A DNA stretch of 64,000 nt, taken from positions 62,001 through 126,000 of the forward strand of contig KZ538018.1 of assembly GCA_000934665.2 (NCBI GenBank). Direction: 5' to 3'. The notes under the pieces are model-generated. The model was not told the DNA's origin. It did not search any database and was given only the letters and a program-made list of their open reading frames with translations. The translations under genes and the position numbers were made by a program. The stretch is from Catajapyx aquilonaris. Lineage: Eukaryota. Positions 52,187 through 64,000 of the stretch are shown here, one piece after another. Each line of letters starts with the position of its first letter. Position 1 is the first letter of the stretch.

Positions 52187-55100
52187 GTAAGTAAAAAATT
52201 TATATATGCATGCCCCTCCTCCCCTATTCAGAAGACTTAATGCTATTAATTACAACTCCACAGGCGCAAAGTAACATTATTTTTTTCACACTCACGCCCT
52301 TTGGGGGCCAACCAATTATTTTGTTATGAATAACATATTGGAGCAGTTGAAGTTAGACAAATAATTGACACCACTTTCTGGGAAGTTGGACCTCTTTGGG
52401 TGGTGGTTGAGAGGATTTCTGGGGGGTAGATTCTATTTGGTCTTTCGAGTCTGAAGGACCTTATCGCCCAGTTTCCAATGGCTCTCTTGGTGTGTGTGTG
52501 GAGGGGCTTCCCTTGCTTCAGAGGTGCTTCCCTTTAAAAGGGCGTTTGGTAGAGGCGCCAGGCAGTCTGCTCCGGATTCTCCCATCCCAGTCGCATATTT
52601 CGTGGAGACTGCTGCTGCCTTCCCGGATCCACTTAGGCAGGCTTGGAAATAAATACGGGGAGGGAAGCAAAATAAACCTCTTTACGACCTTAGTTGCGTT
52701 TAAGTCCGCCTTGCTGGGTTGACAGCAATCCGAGGTTTGTCAAAGGTGCAGGCAGTTGCATCGTGGGCCTAATGCGATATATGCCGTCCAGGAGGAGAGT
52801 CAAATGGCGTGTGACAGTCTAATGGGACTATAGGGGAAACTGTTAGGCTATATGTAGGCAGGGGAACGGGTAAGGGATATGTGAACACGTGGCAGAATGT
52901 CGTATGTTTTTTAAGGACCTGTTTTAATCAGCATCACATTTCACTGGGGTATAGTCAGCGATGTAGACCTTCAAGTGACTAATAATATAGCCAAAAATTG
53001 AGGACAAAAATATGTGATTTTTAACGAGCGCAAGTCCATTGTTCCGACAACATTGTTTTACTCCTCAGGGGCCAAATTCACACTGGTGTCCTCTCAGGTT
53101 CGTTCCAAATCCTCTGCAACGTCGTAAAAGTTGGCCATATTGTTACCCCCTCAAGCGTAGCGTTGGAAACAATTTGATCGAACTGGTTGCGTTCATTTAA
53201 AAATTCATCTACAGACAAAACGATCGAAAATATCACTTAATTTGGGTTGCATTGGAATTTCAGGTTTTCACTCTTTTTTTACAATTATTGTTATGCAATC
53301 ATATTCAGTGCATATTACAACATTGTATAATCAAAGCAGATAAGTGCACAACAAAAATCTGGTCTATCCCCACCTCCGATTTCCAAGCCTCACTTGACCC
53401 GGGTCGATATTTTTATAAGAGAGAAGAGGGTGGAGAAGAAGAAGAAAGAAAAAAAGGAGGGCTTGGGAATGGAAATGAGACGACCCCGCCTTTTTGCGTT
53501 TTTCTCTTCTTCTTTTTTTCTCTATAGCTCTTGCCTTACTATAATGTGTGCCTAAAAGGAGCCCCTCCCCCATCTCCACCCACCGATTCACAATGGAGCT
53601 CTGATTAGATTAGGATCCACGTAACGCTCTGTTTTTTTCTCTCTCTCACTGACTCACTCTCTCTTGAATGGTAAAGTCTCCAGAAAAACTTTGGCCAGGT
53701 GATGTACGAGATCGCACTGATGAAATTTTGGGGGGACAATTCTATTGGCTGAAGGTGGAAATTCTAGCCGACATTAGAAGGTAAAGAGAGAGAGGGGGGG
53801 AAAAAAAGCCTCTCCTCCTTAAGGTGTTGGAGAACCTTCTTGGATAACTCCATTAGATCCCTTCCTCCCCCCGGAAGTTATTCGAGAGTCGAACTTCGGG
53901 AGGCGTGTACTTTATGACGGCGATAACACTTTCCAATAGGAATATATCGGAGAGGACTTTTTTTCGGTCTGGAAAAGGGAGGAATTCGGAGCTTTATTCG
54001 AGTGTTTCAGCCCTGCTTGGTATGTAAGCTGTTTGAAGCAACTTTGAATTTATTCCAGCTATACTATACTGCAGGGTGGAATAAAACTGCAGTTAAAACA
54101 GTCTGCTCTGTATTCAGACTATGCAATATTTTGTAGGCAGAGATCAATCACAGTGTTTGTAATATTTGTGAGTGACATACGTGTATAGGAAAGAAAGATT
54201 TTCAGTCGAAAGGTCAGGATCCAATGGGCGTGATGTTGCATCCTGCTTGCTTTTTTTTAGACTTTTCCTCTGCACGTTTTTAGAAGTGAGATGCTGAAGG
54301 ATGAATAAGACGTCAGAATTAATAATCATTAGTTGCGCTATCGCGTAACTTGCTTGAAGGTCGATGGAAAAATATGTTGTGTTGCATAATCAGAAACCTA
54401 AGATATGGAATTTCTTCTTATTCCAAATCGTGAGTGGTGATAGTATTTTGTATGTCTCCCAATTGAGTAACAGGAGATGGCTAATTAACCTAGTGAACAA
54501 CCCTGCAAGGCTATGAAGATTTATGAGAGTTTAAAAAAAATGCACAGGTAGCCTTCATGGTGTTAGCTGTTGGGTGCTAATGATGCATAAATTGACACAG
54601 TCCGATCCGGAAGCCAGGAGCAGATGAAAAAGTGTTCCTCTCAGGCGTGAATATGTTCCGCCGCGGCTTTTATTTGTTAATTTCAGAGCTAACAATAGCA
54701 CTAAAATAAATTATATAATACCATTGGTAAATACAGAAAGCGGCATTTGAACGGCTCAGTTTATGAGCGCCACCAAATAATTTTTGTAGCCATCCTTTTT
54801 GCTCGATTTCTCCATGTCATCATGCTGGTCACGTTGGTCAACCATACATGTCGCCAACAGTATTGTCATTGGCATATAAGGTCAGGTCAGGCCTTAAAAG
54901 CAGGTGTCCTCGTGTAGCTTATGTGTCGCCCACACATTGGCGAAAAAAAATATATATCCTTGACGTTGAAAACTTCGTCTCCTTCGCACCACAATTGAGG
55001 ACACACACGTACACACGCGACAATAAAAACGTACTAGATGTTGTGTACTACTGTACATTTAAAAAAAAGGAGACTCGGGCGTGTCGAATCTCTCACGCTG

Positions 55101-55267
55101 CGGACGTACGGTTTCCTTTTATGGCTCTGCGCAGACGGGGGCAGTAAAAAGAACTGGTTTTTGCCGCTCGATGAGATCCCTTCGCCATCTGTTGCAGCCA
55201 ACAAGAAATTCAATGTTTTCCCGCCCAGCAGATCCAGAAGCCCCCAAAATATACCGATCGTTCGTTC

Positions 55268-55466
55268 GTTTGTTTGTCCAGGTTTGGTTCCCATGGCATC
55301 CTGGCAATTTCTCGATATTAATATCAAAGTCGAAGTTTGTCTGTCTACTAGTTTGTCCAGGTTGGGTGCTTATGGCAACCTGGTAATATTTCTAATTATT
55401 ATAAAAGGCAAAGTTTGTTTGTCCGTTTGTTTGTCCAGGTTTAGTAACCACAGCAACCTGGTAATT
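55268..55466 (+). repeat. ~79-bp tandem repeat (about 2.5 copies) resembling a Helitron/Helentron-type 5' end
   Basis: GTTTGTCCAGG recurs at 55272, 55351 and 55429. The units contain TCTAATTATTATAAAAGGCAAAGTTTGTTTGTCCGTTTGT, similar to the TC...TATTATAAA..GAAAGTTTGTTTGT start of arthropod non-autonomous Helitrons. Confidence 0.6.
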
Positions 55467-58400
55467 GATAAATAAAAAAAATCGGACGCAATAATCCGCG
55501 GTGACGAAAAACTTTGGAGCACTGATTGGAGTCTGCTGTAGGATCACAGAGTTAGTAAATTGCAGTGATGTGACGATTTTTGCTTGGGGATGTCAGCCAT
55601 GTGCCGCGCAGCTTCCACAGGACCGCTCTCGTGAAAGGCGTTCTTTGACTGGTAGGGAAAAAGCCGCAACTTAAAGCCTGGGCCAGAGATAGCTCTTTTT
55701 TTTCTGTGGGAAGTCTTTGGTAATCTCGGTGCTTGACTGCATCCACTTTGGAGCAATGAGAGTTTTTCAGGGTCCCATGTGGATGGCTTCGAGAGACGAA
55801 ATGCTTTTCCACTATCTTTACTCCGAGTTATACAACCCAAGCATAACAATTTGCTAAATAAATAACAGGGCTTTTTTTAAAAATTTGCCTAAATGCACCT
55901 CAGGGAGGAGACGACCTAGATTTTTGGTTTAACTCAACTTTTGCAAAATTGAGATTTGCGAATGGATAGGCTAATGTAAACTTTGGTCGCAAGAGTCAGG
56001 AAGTGTCACGTGACTGATTCGGTTCTAGCCCCCCTAAAGAATAGTATCGTGCGATATGTCATTATATACTAGCGGGGGTGGAATAGGGAAAAGGAGAAAA
56101 AAAAACAGATTCGCGGTTCACTTCCGGAACACCTGGTAGATTATTTCTGGACTCTTTGTGTGACAAGCACGCGACGGACTCTTTTTTTGTTGAGGCAGAT
56201 GCCGCCTACATGCGGAAAAAAAGTCGTGCTTAGGGAAGCGCCTCGTGCGTGACAGAAAATATTTAAATACACTCGAATCCTTTTAATTGAATTTGCCAGG
56301 AATTTGATGAGATTGCCTGTCTAAGTCGATTAGAAGGAGGAACCAAGAGGAATAATCAATTTACAGATACTGTATTTAAGACTTGGTAGTTGCTTACTAT
56401 TAGTGCATATTGAATCAATATTTTTTGATGAGTTGAATTTTTCTTAGCCCTAATTTAGTTGTAATAAATTGCTTTAAATTTTATTTGATTGATTTTATTC
56501 GAACACTTCCAGTTCACATAAAATGAAATTAAATGAAAAGTATATAAAAATGGGTAGATTTACATTTTACTTAATTTAATTGTTCACTATTCATTGTCAG
56601 TAAACTTTCTGAAGTTATTTTGTTCAGTACAGGGCTATTGCTATGCAAAATACCTGTACCCTTTGCTATACAATCCCCAGTGCATGCAATTAAGAGGATT
56701 CGACCGCATCAGCCTTTCAATCCAGGTTCAAAGTTCACGGATCCGATTAAAGGCCTTGCTTTTGTCCAATGTAAGAACGCATGTGTGCGTCCGGTCTCCT
56801 GCCGTTTAATTACTCGAGCTCGTGTCCAGCACGGGTTAGTGCTGCACACGAGAGCGTTGCAATTAACCTGTACCACCAGGCCTACATTCTTGTTTTGACA
56901 GCCATGGGAAAAGGCAATTTGGGGAGTAAATCCCTCCCATCACATATGATGTGACGTAACGCAAAAAAAAATAGCGCAACCGGGATTTTTGCATCGTTGT
57001 CCTAACACGCTAATGAAAAAGCGCAGTTAACTTGCACGCACTCGAGGTCATCCTTATGGTCAGTTTTCAAACGGATCAGGTGAGTCGCCCATTTTGCAAA
57101 CTGGTTACAGCAATCCCCTTCAGGTGTTTTTTTTTTGCAATATGGATGAGGTCAGTAATTAGGTCGTGCGTGGAATAAAGTGACAAGTCTGGAATTTTTT
57201 GAGCCGCCTTTTTCTGTCGGAACAGATGTGTTTCTATAGTGTTACGGTTTTAAAAATATGTCTTCCGGTATTTTTCAACATTTTTTTTATGTCGAGAGCA
57301 GGAAGGGTCAGTGAAGAGAAAATGTGAAGATGCTGGTTTTTGTTATTAGAGAATTTTTGAAGATTTTTTTCCCCTTCAAACCTCTAGGGTGTGCAAGGCG
57401 GTTGCTGGGTTTGTCCTAAGGCGGTACATAACATAATTTGCACTCTGTGCTCTAATTTTGCGCCGAAAAAAATTTCAAAGAGGAGTGATTACACGCCGAA
57501 TTATTTCAAGGAATTCGTACAAGGGCCTTTAGAAGCGTCGTTTTAACATGAGCCAAGTTTGTAAAAATATTATCTGTTTTAATGATTTTTTTTCTATTAT
57601 CGTGAGACACAGCAATAAACTACTGGGCAACGACTGTGTCGAATTATAAAACGTATAATAAGCTGCGCTTTTTATAATGTTCCAAAGAGCCTTTCATGAC
57701 AGTGAACCGCATGCTGGACTGCACTTTCCGACACTTCTAACTCTGGCACGCAATTTTGCACAGGGTGTACCTGAAGCTGACCTGAAGTTATCCTTCTAGA
57801 AGTCGACTTTTTGAAGGATAATTGAACGTATTGAACAAACGAAAAAAAATTAACTACCTATCGCCTTTCACCCACATTCTTGTAAAATGTGCGGCCTATA
57901 TAGTCTGGTATGCAACAGTTCATTTCCTGGCTCATATAGTTTCTAAACTAATATTTGTAATTAGCGCAGAATATTTGGTTAGATTGTTCTCATCGAGACT
58001 ATATAGTTCGAGGTCATGCTTTCTACTGATTTCACCTTTTGGAGCCATGGGAACAGAACAGTTTTCAGGATTTACCATCTGCCCTTTGTGAAATGCGATA
58101 TTTTCACGACCTCTCTTGGACGCTACATAAAAATCTCGACACCAGACATTGCAAACTTGTAAGTTTACACCTCTGTCTGTAGTACTTGAGTATGACCGCA
58201 AAATTTTATGCCCATTTTTACTTCACTTGCTGCACATGAAGCAAGGTATGGAACAACAAAGCGTTTCAAAATATGCGTGGCAACATAATTCACGATGTTT
58301 ATTTTCTCACGCCCTAAAAGGACCATGCGAAAGGGACATAAACGGTGTTATTTTTACTCTACGGGTGCTTTTTGATTCACCACGTGCAGGCTACTAATGG

Positions 58401-61400
58401 AGCTCCCGGAGCATCCTCATTCCTACATGGGTTTTTTCACAAAAGGTCTGGTGTATTTAAACATGTGCATTCTATCAGTTCAAATGAGCGTGTTCGTCTC
58501 TGGCATGTCGGAAAAGGACCAGGATTGACTATTTTTGGATATGAATACTTTCTTTCCGCCCGAAAGCAATCAAAGTTAATGAGTCACTTGGCATCAGATT
58601 TGCTATTGGCATTATGACCTGTACTATTTTGGCTGTTTTTAAGCCGATCAATTGTTGGCGTAAGTCATGCAAGAAAATTATCAGAATTTGTGAAGTGTTT
58701 ATGCAACAACCTGTATTCAATGTTATCGCGTTCTGATGTTGATCGCATGAATTTTTTTTACGTGCCAAGGTCACTAGGTGCATGTGAAAGGTCGTTCACA
58801 TACTCCTTCAATCATTGCTGTCATCGCAATTAGGATAGTTGGTCATACTCATGAAGGCTCGTCTCTATACTTTTGGGGTCCCGTTTTTACCTTTTGTGTA
58901 CCCTGTCCTTGTGGCCAGTCGAAGTCGATGGTGGCCAAATGTATGGGGAGGGTGAACATCTTTCACCAAAGGGACTGTCTGGTCTGTCTCGGGTGTTCAG
59001 GTTTCAAGGGAGATGTGAGACGCGGGTTGGAAAAGGAAGACGGGGGTGGGGTGGGTGGTTGTGGGGTTCTGACCGTGGGAACCAAACATCTTTGGACTGA
59101 ACCTTACACCAAATGTGTATCCTATTTTGGAATGAAACACAAATATGCGCATTATTCTCAAATTCGTTTAGTAAATGAGCGCTAATATTGAGCAATTTTA
59201 TTATGTTCGCCAAAAAAAAACATTATTTTATAGATTTAGGCTATTCTTATACAAGCGTGAATTTTACGTACACAAAAGTGTGTAAAATTTGCAAAATACT
59301 GTACGTAAAGCATGGAGTGCACTTGTCTTTTTGTTGCATCTTGTTTTTTTGTTGATGTTTAACTTGGGAGGCCAGTCACCGCTCTGCTTGGTAACCTTTT
59401 TCCTTTGAGCAAAGTTTTGACCTCATGTGTGCGTGAACATACCGCGAAAGGAAGCATGTGCAATGATGTGATCACATGTATGTTTATGGTTTTTTTCCCT
59501 CCTCTATACCCTTGTTGGGGTCGGTGGTCTCGATTAAAGTGATTCACCAATGATGTAATACAGGCGAATGTATACAGTACACTCTTTTCGGGTCAGCTGG
59601 TACAAGCTCCACTAAAAATCACGCATTGGCGAAACCCAATATTGCGAAATGTAAGTGTTTCCGCAAACTGAGCTGTGCAAAAAGGGCACGGTTTTGACCT
59701 TGCCCCACTTCCCTTATAGCACCGGGTTTTTTTTTTGAAAATAAAACCGCCCCTATTGTGTCCCCCTGCTGGTCTCCACCCCCCACGTATGATTCACACC
59801 CGCTTGCAATAAGCCAACTGTGCGAAAATGACGCCAGCTACCCTTGAAACGGGCAAAAATTTTGCACACCCAACGAGGTTTCCCCCTCTCGCGAAAACGC
59901 AACTGGTGGGTTCCATGAGTAACGATTTTCCGCGAATTGGCGCAGTGGAGATTCTTGAACCCGGGCTTTCCATGGGCGACCGTTGAAGATCTCCCAAAAG
60001 GAGGATTGTTGCGAAATTTTCGCGATATTGGTCATCCTTCGACCTTACTGAAGGACGCTGGTTTCTAACGCAAAACTTCTGAAAGATATCAGAACAAAAG
60101 ACCACTAAAGTGTGATGCCAGCTTAATTCATTATTTGAAAAAAATACATTAGACACTAAAGTTATGAAAATTAAATTAAAATTGAAGTTGAATTTAAAAT
60201 TAATTTAAATTGAAATAAAGCACAGAATGACAAATTGAATTACTGTGTGTAACCTTAAACGACCTACATTCCATAAATATGAATCTTATTATTGGTTATA
60301 CTACATAATATATTTTTTTAAATAGGTATGACATGTGACCAGATAATTTTTGTTTTTATTTATTTATAGGTCTACATACTGACTTCCATGTATTATCCTC
60401 ATTGCGATGAATTACGACACTATTACATGCAACATAAACGCGATTTATTCTTATGTCTGTCCTATTTCTTCAGATGCACGACATAAAATGAGCGCCATTT
60501 TGGCGCGGACAATATTTCTAGAGGGGGACCATAGAGTTATGCCTTATTGAATTGGATATCAATTCATATCTGCGGGGGGCTGGGTTTGTTTCGTATAAGA
60601 AAACCGTGTTTTCTGGGTCGGGCTGAGATGGTTAAATCGGAAGAAGAAGGATGGAAGGAAGGTATTTTTCCTGGCAGATTATTCGTCTTTGAGACAGTGA
60701 CCTATGAAATAAAGATGAGGCGAATTTCTTTTCTTATTTTTTTCCAAGCTTAAAAAAAAATACTGGCCGTCACGCTTTGTTAGAATCGAGCCCCCCCACG
60801 CCAATTGATGAATCACGGTTACATCATTGAATAATGTAGCAGGATATGACATTGTTTGCTACATATATCCCTTTTGTGCTGGGTAATAAAGTGGAAATAG
60901 ATGGAGCTGATGATGCGTGGCGTGGTTGAACGATTCTGCCCATTAGCTCTGTCGGCACAATTCCGTTATTGGATATTATTAATACGTATTGCCAGGTGCA
61001 CGAACCTGCTGGGGTCAACCAGGTATTGCTTGTGTGTCTGCCAAACAAAAGGTATAGCCCAATAAGAGGATTGCAAGAGCGGTCCCAACACAAAGGTACA
61101 GAGGACAATAGATCATCAAGCTCCAGTTGTTTTGCAACCTGCAATTTATTTGTTTCTAGATAGATGGAAAAACTTGGATGCTCCTTGATGACCGGTCTGT
61201 TGACCAGAGCATGACCTTCTTGGAGACACATATGAATTGTTGAAGATTGCTGCATGATGCACTTATTGCTACTCTCGGCATAAATAACAGTAGAGTCGAC
61301 TACTTGTCAGGACTTGGAGAAGTTGCAGCATTACATCAATGGTTGGTCGGGTGACGTCAGTGGTCGTGAGGGGGGCAAGGGGGGGCGGGTGCATAAGCCC

Positions 61401-64000
61401 ACGTGGAGAAACAGACCTTGGCAAGTCTGAGCGCGGCTTGCAACGCGAGCGGTTCATTCGAGGGATTAGTGCGCGGTGTATAGTAGTTGGACCGTCGACG
61501 AGCGGAAAGGTTAGGCGCTGACATCCATGACCTACTACTACTATAGTCTGTGCGACCTTTGGTGAGAGTGGCCTTTTTGGCATCCAGAGAGAGGAATTCG
61601 TCTGGCAGGTAAATGGAGCGTTTCAAAATCCTTGTGATGTTAGGGAAAGCAAAAGTTATTTGAACTGACAGCTCGTCATGTGTGGGTTGTCATTAGCATA
61701 TTATGGATGAAATTTGGCGATGTTTGGCTATCAGACACTGCCAAGTTTCGTGACAGTGACTTGTAGGAGTATGGCAACTTTTTGGCAATGAATAACTGCC
61801 CTACCAATAACGGAATTGTCTCACAATATGTGCTGTTATTACGGGCTGTCTTAGTTTACGAACAAAATATTAAATAGATACGAATGAAAATATTGCATAG
61901 GATCCCACTACATTTCCTAATAGGGCTGACATGTCACTCAAATACTGTACAGTACGATACATGTACAGTATACTACTTCAATATTAGTGCAAGCTGCCTT
62001 GCATTAAAGTTATACTGTACTTGCAATAATACGTACTTTATTATGTGTACAGTACAGTACAATGAAGTGTAGACTGTATAAAATAAGCGCAACCATTTTA
62101 TGCCAGGTCCTATACACTAACTAAGTCAATACTTTAAAAATACACCTGCAGGACTCATCGGAAACTCGTACGTTGCAAAAGTGTGTAGTTTGCTCACGAC
62201 GCGACGTTTTCCTGTCATACATAACTTGGAAAACTTTCAGTAACGAAACCTGTGCTTATATGACGTAACAGCCACACCTGCGCAGACACAATAATTTTAC
62301 AACTTGCGACAAAATCTTTGATGCTGCAGTTTCCAAGTGCCGCCCAGAATCAGCAATAATATCCCTTACATAACCGACCAGATGACTCGAGTGATTTATG
62401 TGTAATGCCCCGCACATTTAAAGAGCCGTTTATTGAACAACTCGGCGGCAACCTTTGCAGCATCTTCTTTGCAAGTCCTTGAAGCAATGACATCATCAAT
62501 TTCAACGAATAAATAACTCGATTAGGGTATTACCGTACTTTTGATTCCAGACTCGAAGTCTCTTGCACCCAATTTGCGGTTTGACAGACGTGCAAAAATA
62601 AAGATCACACCTCGGCCGCAAACACTTCCTGCACATGAATCTTGACCTTGTATCCACTTGTTTTTGTTGTTGTTACGACTTGCCCTTTTATCGGAGCCGG
62701 TTTTTCGTCCCAGTCGGAGTCTGAATGGGCGGCGGTCACTGGGTCGCCTTAAGGGTCACAGAATTCCAGGCACTGATTTTTCTCATGCTCTTCAATCGAC
62801 CTTGCTTTCGACCCTAAATAAAAGCAGGGTCGACCTTGCGGACCAATTTAATGCAGCCTGGGTGCAATTCAGAAGCATTGTCAACCGTTTCTTTATGGGC
62901 CAGTGATCGTGCCGGATGAGTTTGAAATTGTTTCCGTTGCTTGGCGCCTATCCAGAACTGGCCTGGCCTGATGCTATGGGGTCAGCACCATTTATCGTTT
63001 GAAAATTTTTATGGCGACGGTGTCATCAGCAGGCCAACTCCTCGATAACCCATGCCATTGGGTGAATATGTTTTAAAAGCGTGGGAACAAAAATATTGCA
63101 CGATTGTTTTGCTCAAGGTTATGAAGAAAGTTGGGTACAATATGTAATCTACGAGCAAAAGGGAAAATGAAGGACGTGTAATTTTCAACGTAATCCCGTG
63201 TCGTGCATTGGTGCAAATCGGTTTGCGCAAGGACACCGTGTGAGAATAGAAGGAAATGATATACACTGTCCAGGAAGTGAACCTCCCAGAGAGACACAGC
63301 TATTTTTACGGGCGTAATAACCTGTCAGCACTATTTAAACTTTGGACATGTCCCGACACGAAACTTTAAGCCTACCTCACATAAGCAGCTTATTAGTGGA
63401 CCACGTGATTTTTTGGGCGGGTAAAACTTACTCAATTTAATGCGTGAGCCTCGGGGGTCTAAAATGTAATTGCTGTTTGCAAAATCCTATTAACCAATTG
63501 TGCATGGTTTTTAAAAAATGTGGGCGAAATTCAATAACCTGTGGTGGTTGGTAATTATGGGATAATTACTCCCAGCAATATAGTGTTATTGAAAGGGGGT
63601 AAGCGATATGTTAACATTGTCGATGTACTTACATATTTGTTCGGGGCTGGAGTTCATGTAACGGATTATTACCGGGTTGTCACATTTGCATATTTTTTGA
63701 CGCACAATTACAATGTCAATGCTGAAATTATTCAATGTATTACATTCATTGGATCATATTACTATGTTTGTGATGTATTTTGGTGAATTATTGTTTATGT
63801 TCAATTGTTGACAAGTGTCCTAGTTGCAGAAGATGCTGCAGGACCAGGCCTGGGTTAGATTTCCTCTCTCTGTAGCTATGTTAGTAAAAATCGATTGGGT
63901 TTGAACCTGGGGAAAAACCGTTGCGCAGGTCGTTCCAAGGTTACTGGGAGAGAGTGGGCGTGATGAGGAAGGATGAGGTGGCGTTGCCTGAGAAATGGGT

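Noticed and set aside
59820..60030. Cluster of CGCGAAA/TTTCGCG words
   Set aside because: Possibly a decayed DNA-transposon interior, but no termini or TSD could be defined.
52187..64000. Expected next navigator exon (second half of the CH domain, roughly xENIxxCLxFL)
   Set aside because: No acceptor followed by a matching peptide was found by eye. It probably lies beyond the window.

Overview
Eukaryotic, gene-poor window, most likely from an invertebrate and probably an arthropod. It is almost entirely the 5' introns of one + strand gene: a neuron navigator (Drosophila sickie / C. elegans unc-53 / vertebrate NAV2-NAV3) orthologue. Two coding exons of its N-terminal calponin-homology (CH) domain are clearly recognisable (48040-48157 and 52134-52186). 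The next CH exon was not found and probably lies beyond the window. Upstream, over ~40 kb, several separate ATG-initiated open segments each end at a phase-0 GT donor compatible with the phase-0 acceptor at 48040. This suggests an array of alternative first exons or promoters that give variable N-termini on a constant CH exon. The introns also hold several small non-autonomous DNA transposons: a perfect 148-bp palindrome with a TCA target-site duplication, a nested CRE/CCAAT/YY1-rich foldback element, a TTAA-flanked MITE and Helitron-like tandem units. There are also local duplications, clusters of TATCGATA (DRE) and TGACGTCA (CRE) motifs, and G/C homopolymers that coincide with assembly Ns. 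No prokaryotic features, CRISPR, rRNA or intact tRNA were seen. Most ORFs in the track are spurious.
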